Made by a program: the position numbers and the translations under genes. Shown here one piece after another: positions 1 to 6,478 of a stretch of 47,300 bases of DNA. The notes under the pieces are model-generated. The model was given only the letters and a program-made list of their open reading frames with translations, did no database searches and was not told the origin of the DNA. Positions within the stretch are counted from its first letter, which is position 1. Each line of letters begins with the position of its first letter. The stretch comes from a virus (lineage: Duplodnaviria; Caudoviricetes), in the IMG/VR virus record IMGVR_UViG_3300006947_000019, positions 1 to 47,300 of that record; one strand, written 5' to 3'.

Positions 1-120
1 CCTTCCCAACCATTGACTAGGTATCACTAGGATAGAGATAAATTCTTGTCTCAAATATAGGAGATAATAGAGACAATATCGCATATCGGAATACGGAATA
101 TAAACTAAAACAAGACTAAG

Positions 121-309
121 ATGGAGATAGTAATTAAAGTAAACGACCAAACCGCAAAGCATACGATAGATACAGCTAACTGTGTTTATCCTTACGCTAT
201 TAAAGAAGCCTTTACGTTAGCTATGGAGTTAGATGGATTTTCAAAGGAAACTATATGTGCAGTTTTTGGGGAAACAGAAGACGTTAAATGCGAACTAAAA
301 CAAGACTAA
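121..309 (+). CDS. Hypothetical protein, 62 aa (cassette 1)
   Basis: ATG supplied by repeat copy 1; ends ELKQD* inside repeat copy 2. Confidence 0.8.
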   Translation: MEIVIKVNDQTAKHTIDTANCVYPYAIKEAFTLAMELDGFSKETICAVFGETEDVKCELKQD

Positions 310-310
310 G

Positions 311-532
311 ATGAAAAGACCAAAGACAACAGATAAGGAATGTAAACGACAAGGAATGACAGATGTACCAGTTGCTAATTATAGTAAAATGCAAGATAAG
401 TACATAGATTATTTAGAATCACAAACCAAGCAACGAGTAATCGAGGAGTTGGAAGAGCAACTTGAATTAGCTGAATACTACAATGCCTCAGTAAAATTAA
501 GCGAAAGAATACACGAACTAAAACAAAACTAA
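311..532 (+). CDS. Hypothetical coiled-coil protein, 73 aa (cassette 2)
   Basis: Starts in repeat copy 2, ends ELKQN* in copy 3; shares VIEELEE...RI.(E/Q)LK module with 741-917. Confidence 0.82.
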   Translation: MKRPKTTDKECKRQGMTDVPVANYSKMQDKYIDYLESQTKQRVIEELEEQLELAEYYNASVKLSERIHELKQN

Positions 533-533
533 G

Positions 534-713
534 ATGAAAATAGATAGAAATTTAGAATGGGAGCCGAACTTTGATAATCAAATTGACATTGAAAAGGGGG
601 ACTTTACAATTACCTTAACCAAGAAAAAGATAGAAATCGAATGTGGTACTGAAAGAATGAGTATGACACTTGAACAACTAGAAAATTTGATTAAAGAACT
701 AAAGAGTAGTTAA
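534..713 (+). CDS. Hypothetical protein, 59 aa (cassette 3; not in ORF track)
   Basis: Hand translation from the ATG of repeat copy 3: MKIDRNLEWEPNFDNQIDIEKGDFTITLTKKKIEIECGTERMSMTLEQLENLIKELKSS*. Confidence 0.75.
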   Translation: MKIDRNLEWEPNFDNQIDIEKGDFTITLTKKKIEIECGTERMSMTLEQLENLIKELKSS

Positions 714-740
714 AAATCCAACAACTAAAACAAGACTAAG

Positions 741-917
741 ATGGACTTACGAGATATTACACTAAGAATTGAGGCTTATGTCAATAAGCAAGTAATAGAG
801 GAGTTGGAGGAAGTATTAAAATCCAACATGGATATTAAAGAAACTCCTTTTATATCAGCTATAAATATAGCTAATTTAAAATTAGCAAACAGAATTCAAC
901 AACTAAAAGAGAACTAA
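741..917 (+). CDS. Hypothetical protein, 58 aa (cassette 4; not in ORF track)
   Basis: Hand translation: MDLRDITLRIEAYVNKQVIEELEEVLKSNMDIKETPFISAINIANLKLANRIQQLKEN*; bounded by repeat copies 4 and 5. Confidence 0.78.
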   Translation: MDLRDITLRIEAYVNKQVIEELEEVLKSNMDIKETPFISAINIANLKLANRIQQLKEN

Positions 918-918
918 A

Positions 919-1773
919 ATGATAACAAAAGTTAATAGAAAAGCGCTTGACATTAAAACGAGTGGTAGATCTACGGACTTTATTACTCCTTCTTTTGGTC
1001 ACGGCTGCTTGTACGATTGTAGCTATTGCTACATGAAACGAAACAAACCTAAAGGATTAACAATTGCACAGAATATTGGTGATATACTTACAGAAGTAAA
1101 TAACCACGCATTCTTTACGCCTGTTAACAAACCTAATCAGACGCATGCAGACTATACTACATACGACATCAGTTGTAATGAAGACTTTGCTTTGCATCTT
1201 AAGTATCACGATTGGGAAAACATCTTTGATTTCTTTAAAGATCATCCTGTTGCTATGGGATCGTTTGCTACTAAGTATGTGAACCCTAAGTTGATTGAGT
1301 ATGATCCTGAAGGTAAGATACGTATTAGGTTTAGTCTTATGCCTCAGTATATGTCTACTATACACGAGCCTGGGACATCTAAAATTATTGATAGAATTAA
1401 AGCTATCAATGCATTTATAGATGCAGGCTATGATGTACATGTTAACTTCAGTCCAGTTATTGTGACAAAAACATGGGTAGAAGATTACAAATACTTATTT
1501 CAGATGCTAAATGACTATGTAGATTACAAAGATCAAGTTCTTGCAGAGGTTATATTTCTAACCCATAACGAAAACAAGCATCAAGCTAATCTGATAGACA
1601 AAACAAAAGCTGAAGAGCATTTGTGGAAACCAGATATACAAGAGGATAAAATCTCTCAGTATGGAGGTAAAAATATTAGATATGAAAGAAACCTAAAGCG
1701 TGGCTATATTGCAGACTTTAGAAGACTTCATAATAGTATTATACCCTGGAATACAATTAGGTATATATTTTAA
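919..1773 (+). CDS. Spore photoproduct lyase (SplB)-family radical SAM protein
   Basis: CxxxCxxC motif GCLYDCSYCY; DISCNED (Cys at the position of the SplB H-donor cysteine); FATK, RIRFSL, EPGTS..RI.A....GY.V....SPVI all follow the SPL family pattern. Confidence 0.85.
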   Translation: MITKVNRKALDIKTSGRSTDFITPSFGHGCLYDCSYCYMKRNKPKGLTIAQNIGDILTEVNNHAFFTPVNKPNQTHADYTTYDISCNEDFALHLKYHDWENIFDFFKDHPVAMGSFATKYVNPKLIEYDPEGKIRIRFSLMPQYMSTIHEPGTSKIIDRIKAINAFIDAGYDVHVNFSPVIVTKTWVEDYKYLFQMLNDYVDYKDQVLAEVIFLTHNENKHQANLIDKTKAEEHLWKPDIQEDKISQYGGKNIRYERNLKRGYIADFRRLHNSIIPWNTIRYIF

Positions 1774-1791
1774 CTAAAACAAGACTAAGAG

Positions 1792-2010
1792 ATGAGCGAA
1801 AGAGATATAGACTACCACCTTGGTATAGGATACTGGGTACAAGTCAGCCCTTTAGCTAACGCAGGTTCAGGATGGATATGCGGAGTGTATAAACGAGGCA
1901 AGAAAACTGGTAATTGGGTTACAGAATCCTCTAAACAATTCGCTACACCACACGAGTGTTACAATTGGGCTGACGAAGAGATACATAATTTATTAACTAA
2001 ATACAAGTAA
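1792..2010 (+). CDS. Hypothetical Trp-rich protein, 72 aa (cassette 6)
   Basis: ATG immediately after repeat copy 6. Confidence 0.75.
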   Translation: MSERDIDYHLGIGYWVQVSPLANAGSGWICGVYKRGKKTGNWVTESSKQFATPHECYNWADEEIHNLLTKYK

Positions 2011-2011
2011 A

Positions 2012-2104
2012 ATGACAGAAAAAGAATTCTTTATATGTTTATCAGTCTTCGTAGTACTGGTAGTATTGTACGATAAATCCATAAATAAACGAAAAGGTGG
2101 TTAA
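2012..2104 (+). CDS. Putative 30-aa single-pass membrane peptide (not in ORF track)
   Basis: MTEKEFFICLSVFVVLVVLYDKSINKRKGG*; starts 1 nt after the previous stop in an A-rich context. Confidence 0.55.
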   Translation: MTEKEFFICLSVFVVLVVLYDKSINKRKGG

Positions 2105-2169
2105 AGTATAGCTAAAGTATACACTATAACCATCAACAGTAGATATATTATTTTTGATTCTTTTTTCAT
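2101..2169 (-). CDS. Putative 22-aa hydrophobic peptide
   Basis: MKKESKIIYLLLMVIVYTLAIL*; basic N-terminus plus one hydrophobic helix; stop overlaps the stop of 2012-2104 (TTAA). Confidence 0.35.
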   Translation of the reverse strand: MKKESKIIYLLLMVIVYTLAIL

Positions 2170-2221
2170 AAGGTAAATATATACGATTTATCCGCATTGA
2201 ATGTTAACTAAGTATTAAAAA

Positions 2222-2413
2222 ATGGCAAAGTTTGAGTGTAAAATATGTGGATCCAAGCTAGAACTGGCTAAACATACAATTAAAGTAGAGGACGGTGTGA
2301 TAGTATCACCTGACGCTATGTGTTGCAAGGCCTATATGACTGGTATTCGAGAGAATGCAGGTCTAGGAGGTATTATTAAACGGCCTGGCGGAACAGTCAG
2401 CGGTAAAATTTAA
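2222..2413 (+). CDS. Small Zn-ribbon-like protein
   Basis: CKIC ... CC motif in 63 aa; A-rich start. Confidence 0.65.
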   Translation: MAKFECKICGSKLELAKHTIKVEDGVIVSPDAMCCKAYMTGIRENAGLGGIIKRPGGTVSGKI

Positions 2414-2418
2414 AATAA

Positions 2419-3117
2419 ATGAAATTACCAAAAACTAAAACAAAGGCGTCTAGAAAGTCGCCAAAAAACATGATAATATATGGTGCGCCAAAGATTGGCA
2501 AAACTACTGTATTATCACAGCTTGATGATTGTTTAATTATTGACTTGGAAGATGGATCTGATATGGTTGATGCACTTAAAATAAAAGTGTCTAACCTTAA
2601 AGAACTTGGAGAAGTTGGTAAATCAATTCATGAAGCTAAAAAGCCATATAAATATGTAGCTATTGATACTATCTCAAAACTTGAGGAATGGTGTGAAGCT
2701 GATGCTAAAGTATTGTATATGCAAACTCCTATGGGTAAAAACTTTGATGTAAAGAATCCTGGAGCTTCAGTATTATCCTTGCCTAACGGCGCAGGCTTTT
2801 TGTATTTACGAATAGCATACAAAAGATGGATGGACAAACTGAACACTCTAGCAGATCACATCATTTTAGTTGGACATCTTAAGGATAAAATGCTTGAGAA
2901 GAAAGGTAAGGAAGTAGCTGTTAAAGACTTAGACCTTACTGGTAAGATTAAGCAGATTACATGCGCAAATGCTGACGCAGTAGGTTATTTATACAGAGAA
3001 GATGAGAAAACTATGATTTCTTTTGACTCTTTAGATGATATTACTGCAGGAAGTAGATGCGAACATTTAAAAGGGAAGACTATGCCCTTAGACTGGTCAA
3101 ATATTTTTATTGATTAA
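2419..3117 (+). CDS. Phage AAA/P-loop NTPase (AAA_24 / Sak4-like recombination ATPase)
   Basis: Walker A GAPKIGKT, IDLEDG, Walker B VAIDT, ILVGH, DAVGY; typical of crAss-like replication blocks. Confidence 0.85.
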   Translation: MKLPKTKTKASRKSPKNMIIYGAPKIGKTTVLSQLDDCLIIDLEDGSDMVDALKIKVSNLKELGEVGKSIHEAKKPYKYVAIDTISKLEEWCEADAKVLYMQTPMGKNFDVKNPGASVLSLPNGAGFLYLRIAYKRWMDKLNTLADHIILVGHLKDKMLEKKGKEVAVKDLDLTGKIKQITCANADAVGYLYREDEKTMISFDSLDDITAGSRCEHLKGKTMPLDWSNIFID

Positions 3118-3135
3118 CCGCTTAAAACTAAAGCA

Positions 3136-3621
3136 ATGATTGAAGCAAACGTACCAACAACGCAAACAGGAAACACAACAAAGATGGAAACACCTACGAC
3201 TATTACAACCTCTATGATCTTATTAGATTTAGAGAACGGAATCGACCGTCCAGGAATCAAAGCTAAGTACAACTTAGAAGGATGGGAATTAACAGAGATG
3301 TTTAAGCACCCAGTATTGAAGGGTAAGAAAGCGTCAAGAAAGCGCAGAATGTCTTTTAACTTTGTAGATGATACACCTACTGAAGTAGCTCTTGAGACTG
3401 TAGACTTAGAACAAGTAGATTTAATACAAAGCATCGAAGAGGTTGAGTTTGAGCACGAAGCTAGAGAGGATTACAACACTATCGCAGAGCAGGATGACGG
3501 GCAAACAATTGCATCTCATAAGTTAACTCCTTCCCAAGAAAGTTCTTTAGAAGGAGAGCACTGGGAAAATCAAATTAAATCTGGCACATCAGATGAAACA
3601 AATGAATCATTTAACTATTAA
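3136..3621 (+). CDS. Hypothetical protein with acidic C-terminal half
   Basis: Same-strand ORF tightly spaced in operon; basic patch KGKKASRKRR followed by an E/D-rich tail. Confidence 0.7.
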   Translation: MIEANVPTTQTGNTTKMETPTTITTSMILLDLENGIDRPGIKAKYNLEGWELTEMFKHPVLKGKKASRKRRMSFNFVDDTPTEVALETVDLEQVDLIQSIEEVEFEHEAREDYNTIAEQDDGQTIASHKLTPSQESSLEGEHWENQIKSGTSDETNESFNY

Positions 3622-3632
3622 AAAAACAAACA

Positions 3633-4379
3633 ATGGCTATTAAAAGTAATTCAAGCGAACAAGAAGTAACAGGTGGAGGTATTAAATTATACTCTGGACT
3701 TAGCAATTTTAATGTAGTTGCAATCAACCCTTCAATGGCAGAGCTTCACGCAATGGACATTAAGGTTAAGACTGAACCTAACTATTATGTAGAATTCAGT
3801 GGAGAAGAATACTTTAAACTAACATTCTGGATTAAAAACGAAGACCTTACTACACGTATGGAAATTCTTATGCAGAACAAAGAGAGAGTATCTCAATCAG
3901 GTAAAAATCAATGGATGAATGCTATTGGTCAATCTACATGGTCAGAAGGCGTACCTACATATGACTGGTGGAAAATGCCTAACACTTCTCGAAAAGTATA
4001 TACTGGCGAAGAGACTTTGATTAACTTTATCAAAGCATGGGCTAACGTAGCATATGGTGATGAAGTAGTATTCGATACAATGGATAAGATTGTTAAAGGT
4101 GATACAACTGAACTTAAAGCTTTAGTTAGTATCTTATCAACTAACCAAGCTAGGTTACTTATAGGTGTTAAAGATGGTAAATACCAATCTGTATACCTTA
4201 AGTGTTTTGGTAGAGTTAAGCCTCAAAGAGATGACTTAATTATCAAGTCTCTTAATGATGATTATGGTAGTTTTAATGCAGAGTTTAACACTGATTTAGT
4301 GTGGGGAACTTTTGCACCTGAACTAGCTGTAGTTGAACCTGATGGAGTTTCTTCGGATGAAAACGATAGCTGGGTATAA
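3633..4379 (+). CDS. Replication-module protein, possibly ssDNA-binding
   Basis: Lies between ATPase and primase; aromatic-rich beta pattern; acidic tail ending in an aromatic (SSDENDSWV) as in phage SSBs. Function is inference. Confidence 0.55.
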   Translation: MAIKSNSSEQEVTGGGIKLYSGLSNFNVVAINPSMAELHAMDIKVKTEPNYYVEFSGEEYFKLTFWIKNEDLTTRMEILMQNKERVSQSGKNQWMNAIGQSTWSEGVPTYDWWKMPNTSRKVYTGEETLINFIKAWANVAYGDEVVFDTMDKIVKGDTTELKALVSILSTNQARLLIGVKDGKYQSVYLKCFGRVKPQRDDLIIKSLNDDYGSFNAEFNTDLVWGTFAPELAVVEPDGVSSDENDSWV

Positions 4380-4391
4380 TAATTAAAACCT

Positions 4392-5384
4392 ATGATTAAG
4401 AGCAGGAAAAGTGAGGAACACCTTCACACGGATGTAATACTTGCTAAGATTAGCGAGTATGATATATTCAGATACTACTGCCCAAATTTTATAGAGTGCA
4501 ATAAGAAGTTTTGTAGTGATATTAGGAAAGATCAAAGCCCAAGTGTAAGCGTGGTTTACTGGAAAGGAAAGCTACTATACAAGGACTTTGGTCATCCTGA
4601 TCACACTTTTGACTGCTTTAACTATGTTAAGTATAAGTATTCTTGTAATTTTATAGAAGCTTTAACTATAATTGATACTGATTTTAACCTTGGACTATCT
4701 TCTAAAGAAGCTGGTACGTTATTTACAATGGGGTATATGGCTATTATTACTAATAAGAAACCTACACCTCAGAAACTAACTATCATTAAAAAGAAGACTA
4801 GACCTTGGTCAAAATTAGATCAATTATTTTGGGAAAGATATTTGATTACTAAACAGACTTTACTTAAATTTGAAGTCTCTCCTATTTCGCATTATTGGAT
4901 TAATGCTAATAGATTCAGCTGTAGTAGTTTAACCTACGCATACACAATTGGTAAAAAGTATAAAATATACTGCCCTTATGGGGATCGTAAGTGGAGTAGT
5001 AATACTACCAACAAGCATGTACAAGGATATAAACAATTACCGGAGACAGGTGCCTTACTTATTCTTACTTCTTCTCTTAAGGATGCAATGTGTTTATATG
5101 AAATGGGTATACCATCAATAGCTCTTCAGAGTGAAATGATTATGCCTGATGAAAAATTAATTGCAGACCTTAAGGTGAGATTTAAAAAGATAGCTGTATT
5201 TTATGATAATGATTTTACTAATCCTAATAACCCTGGACAAACTATGGCAATAAAGATTAGTAAAAAATATCATCTTGCAAATATAGTTATACCTGACCTT
5301 TATTGCTGCAAGGATCTTTCAGATTATATAGCTGAGTTTCATGAATTTGGAGGGATTCAAACCTTAATCAACATAAAATTATGA
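4392..5384 (+). CDS. DNA primase, crAss-like DnaG/TOPRIM type
   Basis: N-terminal degenerate Zn-binding-like region (R.D..PS, KDFG, DCFNYV); TOPRIM motifs ILTSSLKDAM, FYDND, KDLSD. Confidence 0.82.
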   Translation: MIKSRKSEEHLHTDVILAKISEYDIFRYYCPNFIECNKKFCSDIRKDQSPSVSVVYWKGKLLYKDFGHPDHTFDCFNYVKYKYSCNFIEALTIIDTDFNLGLSSKEAGTLFTMGYMAIITNKKPTPQKLTIIKKKTRPWSKLDQLFWERYLITKQTLLKFEVSPISHYWINANRFSCSSLTYAYTIGKKYKIYCPYGDRKWSSNTTNKHVQGYKQLPETGALLILTSSLKDAMCLYEMGIPSIALQSEMIMPDEKLIADLKVRFKKIAVFYDNDFTNPNNPGQTMAIKISKKYHLANIVIPDLYCCKDLSDYIAEFHEFGGIQTLINIKL

Positions 5385-5599
5385 CGACACCTTATTACAC
5401 AGATTTAGATACACGACAAAAAATAGACAAACTATTAAAAGATTGTGCTTCAATTTTTTCTAACTTAGGCACCGGAACATCATTTGATCTTAAAACAGAT
5501 GCTGCTGCAGATGCAAAAGAACAAAGTCTCTTACTACAAATTAAAGAGCTAGATGGTGAATTTTACAACACTAAGTTATTAATTGAAAAAAAATTGTAA
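5381..5599 (+). CDS. Hypothetical protein, 72 aa
   Basis: ATGA overlap with primase stop and TAATG overlap with the next gene. Confidence 0.72.
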   Translation: MTTPYYTDLDTRQKIDKLLKDCASIFSNLGTGTSFDLKTDAAADAKEQSLLLQIKELDGEFYNTKLLIEKKL

Positions 5600-6054
5600 T
5601 GCAACGACAACAAACCAAAGGAAATAAAAAAGTAAGAAACGCAACATCTAAAACATATAAAGGTATAAAGTTTAGGTCTAAATTAGAGTTATTCACTTAT
5701 ATAAAATTAGAAGAGGCAGGTATTAAAGCTTTATATGAAGAGAGAAAATTCGTCCTTATGGAAGGATTTGAATTTGACTCTGATAGTATAGAGCCTAGCA
5801 CCAGGAGTATTACTAGGGGGCAATTTATGAATAACACGTTTAAAGTAAGAAATATTACTTATACGCCTGATTTTGTAGACCCTAATGGCCAATGGATTAT
5901 TGAAGTAAAAGGGTATGCAAATGATACATTTCCTTTAAAATGGAAACTATTTAAAAATCATTTGCAAGAACTTGGTGGTGACATTCCTATATTATACTTA
6001 CCCAAAAATCAAGGGCACGTGTTAAAAACTATAGAAATGATTAAAGAATTGTAA
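5599..6054 (+). CDS. PD-(D/E)XK endonuclease (T7 endonuclease I / DUF1064-like resolvase)
   Basis: FRSKLE, YTPDF, IIEVKG motifs. Confidence 0.85.
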   Translation: MQRQQTKGNKKVRNATSKTYKGIKFRSKLELFTYIKLEEAGIKALYEERKFVLMEGFEFDSDSIEPSTRSITRGQFMNNTFKVRNITYTPDFVDPNGQWIIEVKGYANDTFPLKWKLFKNHLQELGGDIPILYLPKNQGHVLKTIEMIKEL

Positions 6055-6073
6055 AGTATGTATAACTTCAATT

Positions 6074-6099
6074 AAGGGGCCCATTAGGGCCCTTTTTTT
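6074..6099 (+). terminator. Rho-independent terminator
   Basis: AAGGGGCCC-ATTA-GGGCCC followed by T7. Confidence 0.85.
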
Positions 6100-6115
6100 G
6101 TTTAAAACAATTAAA

Positions 6116-6478
6116 ATGACAGACGAAGAAAAGAAAAAAGATCCTATAGAAGACTTAATACTCAATATGAGGAAAGGTACTCTAATTACAGTCTTCTACG
6201 GTACTTATGCCTGTAAAGGAGTGTTTATAGGATTTAAAAACCACGCAAATAGTACGTATTCAGGCAGAAGAATGCATTACCATTCTCTTTATAATCAAGA
6301 CATTAGTAATGGCGATGGATGGATAAATAAGAAACTAAAGGAATGGAAAAAAGGTAAAGGAAGACCGTACATATCTCAAATACATTCTAATGCAGAGCAT
6401 AGGGTATTCTCAATAGGAAAAGAGATGCTATCAGAGTATGAAAAAGAGTATTATAACGCAGTAAAACAATTAATATGA
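6116..6478 (+). CDS. Hypothetical protein
   Basis: Track start 6098 (TTG) lies in the terminator U-tract; the in-frame ATG at 6116 has an A-rich context. ATGA overlap with rIIA. Confidence 0.7.
   Translation: MTDEEKKKDPIEDLILNMRKGTLITVFYGTYACKGVFIGFKNHANSTYSGRRMHYHSLYNQDISNGDGWINKKLKEWKKGKGRPYISQIHSNAEHRVFSIGKEMLSEYEKEYYNAVKQLI

Larger units (their letters stand above)
103..1790 (+). repeat. Dispersed 21-nt gene-junction repeat AACTAAAACAAGACTAAGATG, 6 copies
   Basis: Exact copies at 103-123, 293-313 and 723-743. One mismatch at 516-536, four mismatches at 901-921, and the first 19 nt exact at 1772-1790 (followed by G-ATG). Every copy lies directly at the start of an ORF. Confidence 0.92.

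Noticed and set aside
1-102. Possible gene or RNA upstream of the first repeat; short tandem CGGAATA x2 at 87-100
   Set aside because: All three + frames contain stops, no tRNA or other fold is recognisable, and the context is cut by the window edge.
103-1790. Junction repeats as a CRISPR or mini-CRISPR array
   Set aside because: Intervals are 157-850 nt, uneven and protein-coding; the repeat is not palindromic and no cas genes are present.
2432-2445. AAACTAAAACAAAG inside the ATPase 5' end as a seventh repeat copy
   Set aside because: Only the A-rich half matches and it is explained by K-T-K-T-K codons.
4841-4872. Perfect TTTG-N20-TAAATTTG Bacteroidota promoter inside the primase gene
   Set aside because: Intragenic and about 500 nt from the next start; a rough estimate gives about one chance match in an AT-rich window of this size.
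6098-6115. TTG start given in the ORF track
   Set aside because: Overlaps the terminator U-tract; the ATG at 6116 is the better start.
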